Source: Tubiluchus corallicola (Eukaryota; Animalia; Priapulida). Taken from it: a DNA stretch of 64,000 nucleotides. Position 1 is the stretch's first letter, and every line of letters begins with the position of its first letter. The DNA lies in contig JAQGDQ010000018.1 of the NCBI GenBank assembly GCA_030141605.1, forward strand, positions 806,001 through 870,000, written 5' to 3'. Positions 23,515-36,716 of this stretch are shown here, piece by piece. Both the position numbers and the translations under genes were made by a program. A model generated the notes under the pieces. The model did not search any database and was not told the origin of the DNA. It saw only the letters and a program-made list of their open reading frames with translations.

Positions 23515-26500
23515 ACATTTCACACCCACACAACTTTTATTCTAATAAATATGTCTATTAACATTATAGGACAATAATTTATACTCTGCTGTATTTGGAG
23601 GTTTGGCATTTGTTGGTCATAATAATTTTGTTAATATCAATTTCGCTGCCCAGATGAAATTCCGTTTAACAGACGCACACATTAACGGCAGTAATAATTC
23701 AATTTTATGACAATATGCCACACTGATTATTATTGCAGCTGAAGATGTATAAAATGCTATTTATATTTTCACCCATTTAGTGGTAAATTTTTTTGCAGAA
23801 TTGCATTTTATAAATAAGTATGTGGTGTTTCGTTTTAACATAGCAACAGGTGATCTGATATGACATGAGAATGGCACAACACTAACTTAATAAAGCTAGT
23901 AACTACAAAAATGGTACATGTTTCTATACAGAAATCTATTGCTACACAATAACTTTGATATTGCTATGATTATTAAGTTGATGCATCTACTGCAAAATCA
24001 ACAAGTGAAGCAAACACAAAAAATATCAACTTGGAACTAAAAATTTCTTTACATAATAACAGATGTTTAGTTGTCAACCTGACTATGGCGCTAATCGACA
24101 ATATCTGGACGGATTCGATGGAATGTTGCTTTGCCGTGCATTTGGTGGGTTCAAGACAGCAGATTTTCACTTGGGGAAGACTAGCTACAGGAAGCAAAGA
24201 AACCTTGGTAATCCGATGTACAATACAAGAGCAGAAAAGAACAGGTACAAAGTTGATTAAAAAAATTCTTAGTTCCAAGTTTTAACTTACTATTGCAATC
24301 AACAAATTACAGTGTAAGGAAAAGTTAGTAAGTATAAAATACAATGTATTAAAGGCCGTGCCGAATTAGCAACTTAGGCGATTTCATGATATCAAAATAT
24401 ACGTTTACGTACGTTCAAACACAAAAATTTTTTGCACCATACACAGCACTTATAATATAGCTGTTTGGAATTTGTAATGAACTTACCACATGCCTCACTA
24501 CTAACAAGCCAATTATGTCTAACCAACAAAATTTCATCCAAGCATTAAAACAACGGTAATCTAATTGCTTAGTACATACTTATTTTGTCAAACTGTCAAT
24601 GCTTGAGCACACCTACATTCAATGTAACCAATCTGGCAAAAGAAGCATAACTAAATAATATTGGCGACATTTAACTGCTTTTGCTCTTTATTCATCGTAA
24701 GATAAAGAAAAAACAACATGTGAGAATGATAAAGTAAAGCACTGTATTATCCATTAACTTGGAATATACAAAATTTAACTTATTTCATAATTATTACTAT
24801 CTTACCTACTTTAGAGACAAGCAGTAAACATGATACAGATATGAAACACTAACTTTTTTCACATATATCTTTACAAATGTCCTATTAGTAAGTAATATTA
24901 AAATATGCCAAATAAGCATAAATGTCTGATATGAAAGCTGTTCATCGATAAAATCTTCCATAGTAAAACATAATTACCTGCATAGCAAACTTAAAACCAA
25001 ACATTATACGTCAACACTTCCTCAGATCTAGTATCATATTCTGTCTGATACAAATCGATATCTCATGAACAATAATAATATGCAAAATTTACAAGACCTA
25101 AGGGAAGGTTATAACAGTTAAATATCTGCTTGTACTGAACTTCAGATGATGTAAATTGTATAGTTAATCCTAAAGTAAAATAATTTGTCGTACATTACAC
25201 TACCATTACACAAACCCTGCTTGAATTTATTTCTTACTCTTGAAACGAGAATATAGCTGGTAAGATATAGTATGCATATTGTAACATCCAACTGCAGTAA
25301 TTTGTGACAAAAAAAGTTACTAGGTATATTCGACTTTAATCACACAAACAATAAATAATATAATGTTAATTGACAATCATTATTATTACATATTCAAGTG
25401 AGACTTTGTGTCATTGCTACTGAGATGCTTCAACTGAAATTGGATTGCTGGCTGTAAGAAAAAAATTGTCATTTTTAATACAGATATAGTTCAATTCATA
25501 ATTCATAGATATACCACATTTCAGATATGCAAAGCATCTCAGTAAATGATATGTCATACATGTCACCAAACCTTATCAGAAATGAACACACATGGCAACA
25601 GGCTAAAACTGACTAATGTTCAACATGCTACAAAACAATGCCAACTCCTTAGCTCACTACCATTTATGGAAACCCAAGCATTGCTGGATATTTTTCCACC
25701 TGGGCACTAGTCAGTTTATCCAACTAGCAATAAATTAATCAAACATAACTGAAATTATGAATCTTGGAATGCATGCGTAGCTTGTTGCATGTATTATCAC
25801 TACTAAGTTTTGTAGTTAGCTAGATAATTTGCTTTCTGTTAGCATTGATTTAGCATGTAAGGAAAATGACTAGCGAGGCAAATTTAGCATTAGCAGTATA
25901 CTTTTTAGTAATAAATTGCTTCCGTACCACACAGTTCAAAAGAAGCAGTTCTGTAAAAGCCCTCAATGCATGTAACGAACTGATGCGAGTACATTTTTTA
26001 GAAGTAAGAAAATGGGGATCAAATGATGAGTGCACAAATGGCTCAGAATACTTCTATGTGGTATATAACTTGCAATCAACAGGAAACCTTCATTTTGAAA
26101 TAAAAAAGAAATGGCAGAAGTAATAAAAAATCAAGTAGAAAATGCAAAAAAACTGCACAATTAAAGTAAAATCATCATAACTAATCAAGTGAAATAATGT
26201 ATGAATGCACATATAAAATAAACAATAGGCTATGAAAACAACTATGATGTGTGCCTTGTAACGTAATACTGTCCAAAACAAAATTATCAGTGCTTAACAC
26301 GAAATAAACAAGTAGGTCTCATTTTCCCAGTCTGGAACATTTAAGGGAACACATACATAGGATCATATTTAAAACACTCGCAACTGCAGTATACTATTGT
26401 ATACATTGATATACTATCTCGGCTCAAGGAATTAAAAAGTGAGATAGCCTGACTTCATAATTAATTGCAACTGGCGTGCATCATAAATGAGAAGTGATAA

Positions 26501-27190
26501 GCAGACTTACATTAACTTACACTTCAATGACTTGTTAAATACTCTGGCATTAAACATGAACCTACAGCATTAGCTGCACTGAAATCAACAATGGTAATAA
26601 CGTACTACGCTTGGTACAATTTGTTCGTATGGGTATAATAAATGTCAAATGGGCATATCAACACAAAGATAAGTAGATTATGAGACACTTAAACCTTTTC
26701 TACTATTACATTTTCGAAATTTAAAACACTGATTAAGTTAACAATACAATGAAATGGCGTTACAAACTAATGATGAGTGTCTGAGGACTAGTCGTAACTT
26801 ACAGGCAAACACAAGTATCTCTATACAAGAAGTTTAATAACTTACAAAGCTCATTTAATCACTTCTATATAAATCAATACTTCATGAATTTTGGCTGTTA
26901 CTACAACCTTTGTATTCTAATATAGAACATCGTGGAACTACAAATACACGACATCGCCATCAAAAGATAATGACAAACATGTTTTACGACAAACAAATAC
27001 AAAATTTCCGATTATTTATCTCAAGCAGCGATGGATACCTTTCAGAGTATTTGTGACAAAATTTTAAAACTGAAAAATAAAACATGATCGTTTTAAAAGG
27101 ATAATTGTACAACTGATGTCATTATTACATCTTTCATAATTGTAGAAATGTAGCTTTGTGCAAAATACTATAGCATAAATTGGAAATGGT
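23515..27190 (-). other. Putative long (~3.6 kb) AGO 3'UTR
   Basis: AU-rich tract with no recognisable TE between the AGO stop and a minus-strand AATAAA at 23536; many miRNA seed matches. Confidence 0.55.
23536..23549. terminator. Adjacent poly(A) signals on opposite strands
   Basis: tttatt (AATAAA on minus) at 23536-23541 and aataaa (plus) at 23544-23549. Alternative plus-strand ATTAAA at 23366. Confidence 0.4.
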
Positions 27191-27299
27191 TCAAGCAAAG
27201 TACATGACTCTTCCTGCATCAACATGCACCTGGACGGCACGAGCCATAGATGCTGGAGTACGATCTTCACTACCGCCTGATTGATGACTGCCTTCACCA
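27191..27299 (-). CDS. AGO2: Argonaute last coding exon
   Basis: CTTAG|(S)GEGSHQSGGSEDRTPASMARAVQVHVDAGRVMYFA*; canonical MYFA C-terminus. Confidence 0.97.
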
Positions 27300-29477
27300 C
27301 TAAGTGAAAAGAACAAAATATGCACAGTATCTGAATAGCAAACAGCAATAATAATAAACTCAACAGTATGCACAATGTCCACGAAGCATTAGAATAACAA
27401 TGCATCTCATATTATGACAAAATAGGTAAGACAAATATGGTGACACAAGGGAAGGGAAAGAGAGACAGATGCAAAGAAACAAAAGACAACAAAGATCTGG
27501 CTAAGTTCAATAATGCTTTATATATATGATGAGGTTATTGTGGCCACCATCAGTCATATATTTGAGCGGACTGCAAATAATTTGATTTAACCTGATTAAC
27601 ACAAAAGCAGTCTTGTTAAAGCAGTGCTGTGGGCATTTTTAATGTTAAGCTCAATCATAGCTTTGTCCACACTATATCTAATCTACTTCAATGCACTAAA
27701 TGTGACAGGTGAAAAAAGTATTAATAACGAGGTACAACAAAAGTTTTAGTTGATGTCACTGGTTATTGAAACGTGGTTGAATTTTCATTTCTCTGATCAT
27801 TGTTGCTTTATGCTTCTGTCACAAAGTGAACAAACTGGTCATATTTACGTTTTCCAAAGGATAAAATTGTAAGAACATGTGGATTCTTAGGTGTGTCGAC
27901 GAAAAAAGAATTGGATATGGTGGCAGCATGACACAGTTTTTCAGTGCGGTGAAACTACAATAATTTCATTCTTCTTTCTCAAAAGCCATGAGCTGTACAA
28001 GTCCTAACAAAAGCACGGTTACGGAAATTGTATGCTTAGGAGAGTAAGTATGGGTTTATCTGAAATGATTTTGTGAGTTAAAACAGTAATATTAAAACAA
28101 TTATCATCATCAAAACATTTTGATAAGATGTTAACCTAATTATTATCTTTTCCAAATGTGCATGTCAACTAGGTACAATTACTGTACAATGCTAAGTAAA
28201 TTGATTCCCTGCTTACTTGATATATTCCAAGATCATTTTTGGCTGTCTGTGATGTTTCATTCTAATGCTCCAGATTTAATCGAGTGACTCTTGAATTTAA
28301 TGGTATCCTCCCTTTCTCCCAATTTTAAAATATTTTCCCCAATTTTCCATCAACTATTACTTCAAGATAAAACCACAAAATGCGATCACAGTGATACAGA
28401 ACATCCCCTCCCTTTGCCGAAATATAATCGTCCACTTACAATAAAGGACACGAAAAAATCATTTGATAGAAATTGGAAAGCAGCACGTGTGCACGATTGC
28501 ACTTAATAGCCCCATAAAAACCTGTGACCTACACACAAAACTTTTTAATTAATAAAGCGCTAAAATTAGGAATTTTGAGTTAGAAAACTCAAAGCTAATT
28601 CGCGATATGAGCAAGCTGTTGACAAATGACACGCGAGTTTAAATATTATCATATGGCAAGAAAATGTTAGATGTATTATTAGCAATATTTTGAATTAAAG
28701 GTTTGAAGTAATCTTTCTTCTCCGAGAACTTATTTGCATATTAGAAAATGCCTGTAATATCTATAAATGTAGGGAGAATCTTTTTTAACAAGTTAAAAAG
28801 TGCAGTCTCGAAGACATTTCTACTGCCAGTTTTGGTATTAAACTAGGCATCTAAAATGATGGAATGCAAAAAAAGCATTGAAGGCCGAGACTCCGCTATG
28901 GGAGCCTACAGTGGTTCCTCAGACCATGGGCCTAGCTAAATTTTTGTGGAATCTCTCTCTCGATTTTGGATATCTGCATGTTGAAAACTCTGGTGGTGTG
29001 TTGTCTTGTGTAATTTGTTAAATGCAGCAAAAAATTCTGATACAATAGCATTTTATTTGTGTTTTATTGCATGTGCGCTAGAAATACCAGTGATGTTAGG
29101 GCAAAATTAATACAGCTCACGTTTGCCTGTACAAAGCTTTTCATCGTTTTTTAAATATGAGATAGTTATGACATGATATAATGTCTAAATTATATTTTGA
29201 TGCCCAAACACAATATTTTATTAAACACAAAGAGACATCTGGGCATGAAGTGAACTGTAGCAGTTCTACTGCATAGCTATCATCACTTTCACACAAAAGC
29301 CATTAATATTACAAAAACCTAAAACCTGTGGTTTACATTTACACAAAAATTTACTTTTACTTCATTAGGAAGCTGAAAAATATTATGTCAGAATTTAAAT
29401 GTAATGGTAGAAAACACGAAGCAAGCACGTGTACAACATTATCACCATTTATAAATATGAAAAGAATGCATCAGTAC

Positions 29478-29677
29478 CTGTCATGTTCCTTTTCTACTAG
29501 ATGATAACGAGCTCTGAAAGCTACCAAATGAGCATAGTAGGCAGGAGCTGGAATTGACACGCTACGTGTGCAACGTACGTAAGTATGGCAAAGTTGGTAT
29601 GTAAGTTGTTGTAATTCATCTGCAATAAAGCGGTTGTCATCCCACAACACGTGATAGTGGGACGGACGACTTGTTCC
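29478..29677 (-). CDS. AGO2: Argonaute PIWI exon (catalytic His)
   Basis: [15 protein letters not shown]...[29 protein letters not shown]; 200 nt with AG/GT bounds. Confidence 0.98.
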
Positions 29678-30152
29678 CTGAAATAAAATGTAGAGTAAGC
29701 GTATTATTATGCAAGCACTATTTGACTCTGCAGGTAGGAAATCTGGAATTACACAAACGATGTACGGAGTAATATATGCACAATTTAATCCAAAAGACAT
29801 CAGTTATCAAAATGGCATTAAATGAGTTCTTAGTACATCTGAAAACGTATGCAGTAATGAGTGCATTTGAAATCAGATATATTTCTCAGTGAATTTGCAA
29901 AGTAGGACATAATTGTATGTTAAATAAGTCTTTAAATGCAATAACTCATGCCTATTAGCAATGTTAAAGCAGAAATAGCAGTAACTGCCACATGATGATT
30001 GATGAAAGTTTTCCCATAATCACTAGAAGGTAGTTTCAAGGTTCTTGCTTTCAAAATTTGAGTAATACCTAAAGAAAAACAGGAAACTTCCCATTACCTC
30101 TTTTAAGTGCACAATAATGATATCCTACTAAGAAAGTGATAGTGATGCTCAC

Positions 30153-30254
30153 CTGTATACCAGCATGGCTGCACAAATAGAAATCAAACTCTGTTGGATG
30201 AGTTATTCCCACGTCAACAGTTGTACCTGCTGGGATGTTGCCACTTCTACCAAT
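30153..30254 (-). CDS. AGO2: Argonaute PIWI exon
   Basis: [34 protein letters not shown]; 102 nt. Confidence 0.98.
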
Positions 30255-31392
30255 CTGAATAAACCATGTATGAATTAATGGCGTAAGCAAATATTATGTG
30301 CACCTGCACTGAAGAGCAAAGATGGCTAATATGTACTGACCTGTCAACCAGTAAAAATGAAGTAAAAATGAGTGTGAAACTTAGCAAACCTCGGTATCAT
30401 TTCGCCCCTGGCACAGATCTCAGGTATCCAATTGATACCTCAGAAATTTTGGAATTTTTTGGTGTCAAAATAAAAAATTTCAAAAAATCAAGGCAATTTT
30501 TGGTTACTACTGAACTTTCTTATACTGTTATTACAGTTCACTATATTTTAATTCACAAGAAAACCTAAACAGCACCCAAAATGCTTAATTTGCAATTTTA
30601 ATACATTTTACCATAACATATCATCATGAACGCTGAATGTTTTATTACTCATAGTGCTTAATTGTGTTGTGGATGGTACTCATGGCAAAGGTAGCCAGCT
30701 GATTTTGCAGATTGCGTATGAATTTGTCAAATGTGTGAGGAAATTAAATTTGATGCTTGTGTGCATGTGAAAAACTCAAAATGCGTGTGACACAAGCTTA
30801 ATGCATGAGAGTTGATAGGTATGTATGTAGTTAGTTAATCAGATTATTATCTAAGTTGCTTTAATGGGTGGGAGTCTGCACACCTATCGGTGTATCACCA
30901 CCTGCACACCAAAGATACGTTACATTACAAAAGAAATCTTTTGAAATGTAAGACAATTACGCTTTTTTCAATTATCAACATCAACATTCTTTTAAAATGT
31001 AGAGACAGTCCTGATACAGTTGTCTCGGCATTAATAAAGTCACAGGTTGCAAGTTCGTTAACACAAGATGTTACGAAGATCTTTGTCACGACAAAAATTG
31101 CTAAATGCCATGTTTTCAGTTCAGCTCTCACCAGTCACTGGCTTACTAATCTTTTTGAAAAGTTGCAAGTAGGGTTTATGCATTATTAAGTAACATTATT
31201 TTTGTATTACATGGATCACAAATCATGTGAATCATGAGAATTTTAGATAGTTCCTTTGTGTCCTTTGCACAAAAAGTCGTTTAAACAACTTTCAGCAAAG
31301 CAATGTCTGGTTTTGAGGAAACATAATTACAGTTACAGTCATACATTTACAGCAAATTTATACATGAAAACAAAATAACACAGTAGTCGAAC

Positions 31393-31527
31393 CTGTTCCC
31401 TTTTGTCAGCACAGAAGAGACGAGTGTGATGACGTTTCTGCACAACAATAAACGTGATACCGGGCTGATAACCAACTTCTAACATCATACAAGCTTGTCG
31501 CACTGCTCGAAGCTCGTGTTGGAGAAC
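31393..31527 (-). CDS. AGO2: Argonaute PIWI exon
   Basis: [45 protein letters not shown]; 135 nt (not in the ORF track). Confidence 0.97.
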
Positions 31528-32001
31528 CTAAAGAAAATGTACATTATCACAAGTTTTTCGTCCTCAAAAGTAATCAATGCAAGACCCAATACGTTTTCAT
31601 TAAATATGAGTGACACAGAATACTCAGAATTTTTTTGATACATTTTTTAATTAACAATATTTTGCTTGTAGCATTCTACTACATTATAAGTTAAACAAAA
31701 CACATTCAATAATATCCACATATTAAAATACTACAAAGGCATGTCTGTCAGGCACTTTTTAGCAAAATATATTATTAATTTATAGCACTGGTATAAAGCC
31801 AACAATGGTGTCTCAGTGCATTCTAGGGAGTAGTCTTGGAAATCACAATTTGAAAAGATGCCTCACATACATTTTTAGAACATAAGGAAATAAAACATCC
31901 ACCTAAAGCATTTTATTGAAACTTATGTACTAAACTCTTATTTCATTAGTAAGTTGACCTTCAACCCTTAACAAAGGTTAAGATAATGCACAAAATTTTA
32001 C

Positions 32002-32287
32002 CTGCATAAATTGCCCTTCGCTGACACCATCTCTATAAAATACAATCCTTGATGGCTTAAAACGTGTGGATTTGTAAAACTGTATGAGCAGCTCTTTGAC
32101 CATGGAAGCTAGATCTTGTATGATTTCTTGTCTGTGTGTCTGCACTCGTACAGTAGCTGCATACCTACTGGGATGTGCGTCCATGCTACCTACCAGTGCG
32201 GCAATCGATGGCTTTTTATTGTCACCTGCTGGTGGATGTGTGACATCTGCTCCAAGGAAAATCACAGGTTCATTGAACACCTTTGGA
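32002..32287 (-). CDS. AGO2: Argonaute PIWI exon (catalytic D, E, D)
   Basis: [18 protein letters not shown]...HRQEIIQDL...[13 protein letters not shown]; 286 nt. Confidence 0.98.
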
Positions 32288-33120
32288 CTATTAAACAAAA
32301 AAAAACATTTACTATAAATTTTATGTGCACACTATAGAAATAAATCAGAACTGAGAACTGAATCAAGAATTTGAATCAACTTATCATAAAATCACATCAA
32401 GATACAGACGTTTCATTCAATCTAAAAGCCAATCATTTAAATAGCAATTTAACTTTGCAGCATTTTAGAAGCATTTGGGCACTGTCTGGAATTACCCCAT
32501 AGAAACTATTGTTAAGAAAAATCTACTAATAAAACCAGAGTGGTCGTTTAATAAGACCGTATCTTTCAGCAACAAAAGCAATAGCAAAATGAAAAAATAA
32601 AATATATTTTTGGAAGTTTACCTATTCTTTAAGATACAGAGTTCAAATTTAAATCCTATTTTTCTAGATTCACTTCATCTTAGTCTAAGTCACACTGAAA
32701 GTTAAGAGTCAATCGTTTCGACATAACTGCTCTACGTGTACGACTGCACAGGGGAAATAAGAGTTGTTAGGTAAATTTAAATCCTTAGCCAGTGGGACGT
32801 GGCTGGGACTTTAGGGGGTCTCACAAAAACTTTCCTTGTGATTGGCACAATTGTATTACTTAAGGTGAAGATTTATGTACCGTATTTTGTCAAGTACATA
32901 CACTTGCGACAGACCACCAAATAGCAAAAATGCTGTTTATTAAGACCACTTATTGCCGTAATCCCGCAGTGGTTTTATTAAGCTGCGACTATAGTAATTG
33001 TATTATTTTCATATTATGCTACAAAATTGTAACAATTAGTACAACATCATACTTTCAGAGGTAACTGTTTGGCAACAAACAGAAAAAGTGGAAATAAAGG
33101 TTCTAACAGGAATTACATAC

Positions 33121-33280
33121 CGAATGCTTGGCACAAGAATGTTGTTGACTCCACCCAGTTTGACGTTGATTTTCAGACAAAGGTTTGACAGTGTTTGTGG
33201 AGACGTCTTGTTAACATTTTTGGCTTGCACGCACTGAGTAGCCATTCCTAGTACAGTATCGCCAACTCGTTTCACTTCAG
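33121..33280 (-). CDS. AGO2: Argonaute MID exon
   Basis: [54 protein letters not shown]; 160 nt. Confidence 0.98.
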
Positions 33281-33712
33281 CTAAACAAATTATTTGAAAA
33301 TGGTTCATACATTTGTCATATCTGTTTTTACTAGTCGCCTATATAGTACTGTACATTATTACTGATTATGCATGTTTGAAGTGTAAACTTAATATTAATG
33401 AAATGAGAATCATAGTTCCAGTATTTTCTTCTTGCTTGTGTAGTGAAGTCCGAAGATTTTTCATCACCTTCTCTTTACTTACCAAAATTTTAGCAATTTA
33501 AATTTTGACAGTAAAGATTTTTATATAAGCAACTATAACCTTTCACCATCTGCAGATTAAAAAAAACATGTTCTGATAAAAAAACAAAAGGTCAGCCCCT
33601 GTACATCAATTATTAAGAGACAAAAATACTTTTTTGACTAATGATGTAAGGTGCATGGGCTTTCATCACTGCTTAAAAAATACGAACTCCTAGATACGTG
33701 CTTATTGCTTAC

Positions 33713-33897
33713 CATACACAGGAGTTTTGCCTGGAAGAACAACAACCACCAACTGAAGTCCTGGAAATTGGCTCTTTAAATAGCGAAACATTGGTTCTAC
33801 CTGCTCTGGACCAGTAGCATATTTGCAGAATACAGGCTGACCAAGAATGGGCATTCCAGCATCATTGCTAATCTTCTGCAGTTGTGCTGTAAAATTT
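33713..33897 (-). CDS. AGO2: Argonaute MID exon
   Basis: [17 protein letters not shown]...[13 protein letters not shown]; 185 nt. Confidence 0.98.
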
Positions 33898-34159
33898 CTG
33901 TCCAAGAAAAACAAAAACATATAAAGCAACAATCAAAGAAATTAGCTGTTTACAATTAAAAAACTGACACGTTAAGACCATCACAGATGCTGAAACAAAA
34001 ACAAACCAAGTCAAGTGCAAATTCTATTTACTTTCACTCTGAAAAAAGTCCAATATACAGCTGTTTTAATTTAAACTATAAGATTCTATCAATGCATGTT
34101 TTTCACATTTTAAAGATGCATTACAACTAGCTCAAAATTGAGGAGCTAGTCTACTCTAC

Positions 34160-34293
34160 CTTAAGGCATCTTCCCTGCATGTTCTCTGGGGTGCAAAACA
34201 TGCAATAGCCCATGTTCTGATTTCTACACCAGTGTGAAATTCTTTGCCTCTCATGTCCCAGACACCTTGATTAGGAATAGCTTGTTGTTTCGT
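34160..34293 (-). CDS. AGO2: Argonaute L2/MID exon
   Basis: [44 protein letters not shown]; 134 nt. Confidence 0.97.
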
Positions 34294-34649
34294 CTAAGAC
34301 AACAGATACATAATCATAATAAAAGTCAGTCACATAGTTACTTTTTTAATTATATTCCTTAAAATAAAGATTCTGAAGGAAAAATAGAGAGATTTCTTAT
34401 GGATGAAAACTGGCATTTCATTTAGAGAAGTTTTATACGATCCCACTAATCTGTAAATCATTAAGGCGGTTCAATAGTATTTCCTATAGAACAGGTAATT
34501 GTAATAAATATTAAGTAGTTAAAAATTATATGACAATAAATGTGAATTATTGATAATGAAAACAACGATACATCAGACTACTCTGTACCATTATGTCAAA
34601 GCATTAATCATAAAACATTAAGTAGAAAGATTAGGAACAGTTTGCTTAC

Positions 34650-34772
34650 CCGGCCACCATATTGGATTTTTGGTGGCGGAAGAACGCGTCCTTTCACTTC
34701 TGTCATTTGACTGTTAATATTAATGCCAAATTCATTCATAAACGGATCTTTGTTGAAATCAACTTTCGTGAC
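34650..34772 (-). CDS. AGO2: Argonaute L2 exon
   Basis: [41 protein letters not shown]; 123 nt. Confidence 0.97.
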
Positions 34773-34820
34773 CTGCAAAGTAAGCAAAAATGCATAAATG
34801 GCATTGATTAACACTATACT

Positions 34821-34963
34821 GGAATTTACAAAAGGGGGTGCTACAGAATTTCAATATTCTAAACAAGATGCAAGTGATGAAGTCAGTTCCGGAATTTGCA
34901 AAAGGGCGTGAATTACGAAGTGTTACAGAATTCCAATATTCTTGGTAAGATGCAATGTGATGA
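34821..34963. repeat. Short imperfect direct duplication (about 70 bp) in AGO intron
   Basis: ggaattt(a/g)caaaaggg.gtg...tacagaatt.caatattct...agatgcaa.gtgatgaa occurs twice. Confidence 0.7.
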
Positions 34964-35205
34964 AATAAGGAAGCGATTTCTTATATGGTTACATTCTATT
35001 CACAAAAGTCTTTTGTCACAAACTTTTGCCCACCATTTAGAAAGACTAGAGTCCAGATAGAACAGGCTACTAAACTTGATTTACTAAACTAACAATACAA
35101 CAAACATGCAATCTTGCCAGAAGCCAACAGTCCTGTGCATTAGACCTACCTGGTCAAGCTTGCTCGCCTAAATAGCAGTAACATTAAAAATAATAAATAT
35201 GTTAC

Positions 35206-35325
35206 CAAATTGTTGATTTCTTTCTCTCTGTCTGGCGCAGATCTTGCAGTAGCTTTGATCATTGTAGAGGTTTGCATGTCTGTCAACTTTTTAATACACC
35301 GCTGTCCGCCCACGATATTACAAAC
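35206..35325 (-). CDS. AGO2: Argonaute PAZ/L2 exon
   Basis: [40 protein letters not shown]; 120 nt. Confidence 0.97.
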
Positions 35326-35585
35326 CTAAATAGAGACTCAATGTAAATTATTTCAACATATACTACATGTAATATCTACATTGTTAGCCTACAAAGGTAG
35401 TTAGGTTGCGATCTATCCGGCAAAGGAATCATGTTTGGAATATTAAACAATATATACCCAAATTGCTATTAAATTATAAGATTTATGCAGATAACCATGA
35501 TAGACAATAACTGAGCAACAATCGATGTGCTATAATGATGTTTTGACTCAGCATGCTGCCACTGATTAAAAACAAGTAATCTTAC

Positions 35586-35733
35586 TTCAAGTGGGAGGTA
35601 TGTATGTCTGTGTTCTTGGCCCACTTGCAGGCATGGCAAGTGGGGGTAGAGAAGTCTCCTCCGATGTTTTTCTAAGAAATATTTAGCTACAGTGCACTCA
35701 ACTGTTTGACCAGATTCCAGCTGAAGAGGGAAC
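35586..35733 (-). CDS. AGO2: Argonaute PAZ exon
   Basis: [19 protein letters not shown]...[21 protein letters not shown]; 148 nt. Confidence 0.98.
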
Positions 35734-35958
35734 CTAAAATAAACATGGCAAATCATAATAACATTTTTTCCAATAATAAATGCGCAAAATGTGTACAAAC
35801 TATTCAAATTTTGCTAAAGGTCTTACTGGATTTAATACAACTATAATAGTCTAATGCTAGATGTTTCTTTATGCAATTTAAATCACAGCACATTTCCACA
35901 TAATATTTAAAGACAACAGTTTATATTAATGCTACACAAAAATAAACAAAATGCATAC

Positions 35959-36046
35959 GTTTGTGTTTGAGCAGGCCGGCGTGTAACATTGCAAACTCGA
36001 TACTTTCTCTTCATGTTGCCACAATGAGTAATTTCAATCTTCAGAC
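35959..36046 (-). CDS. AGO2: Argonaute PAZ exon
   Basis: [30 protein letters not shown]; 88 nt. Confidence 0.97.
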
Positions 36047-36716
36047 CTGAGTTATAGCATGTAAGAAGAATAAGATTATGCAAAACATGAATCACTGTCA
36101 CATAAATCAATTTCAGAAGGGCAACAATGCAAAATAAAATCCTTTAGTGTAATTTGCTAAGGCTTTATACTAGCAGATAGCACAACAACAACAGTATCGA
36201 TACTATATAAAGCACTGTTGGGGTAACTTTTATTTGGACATAATATGGCAATCCTCCAAGCCCGACAAGCCTCACATGTCCACAGTACCATTGTTAGCCA
36301 GCTAGCTAAAACAGTGCTTACGAGATGAAACTCTATTTACTCTATGAAAGACATGACTTCCTTTATAACACATGTACATGATAAACTATACCATTAAATT
36401 AAACTAATATGTAAACTATCTAAATTAAACTGCATATGTAAACTATCTAGTTATGCAATGACCAGTATAAGTATAACCACAAAGATGCCTAAGTAATATG
36501 AAACAGCAATAACACAAACAACTTTTTATACAGTGTTTAACTGCATTTGTCATTTTCACAATCCATATTACCAAGCTGATATGTACTGATAATAGGTGAA
36601 AATGAAAAGTATTATCTCTACCTCTAGCTAATTTGTAATCCTCAGTTCGGAAATATATATATATACTCAACTAACAACAATGTACAAAGTATGCCGTAAG
36701 CTCAAACAATCAGTAC

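Noticed and set aside
27134-27193. AGO1x-like stop-codon readthrough extension
   Set aside because: The stop context TGA-ACC is not a known leaky context, and only 18 unremarkable codons precede the next TGA.
33590-33672. Possible intronic C/D snoRNA (GTGATGA...CTGA on minus)
   Set aside because: No terminal stem or recognisable rRNA guide, and the boxes are expected by chance.
34755-34765. Asp at the position of human AGO2 phospho-Ser387 (KVDFN)
   Set aside because: Invertebrate AGO1-type proteins commonly have ADFN here as I recall, so it is not unusual.
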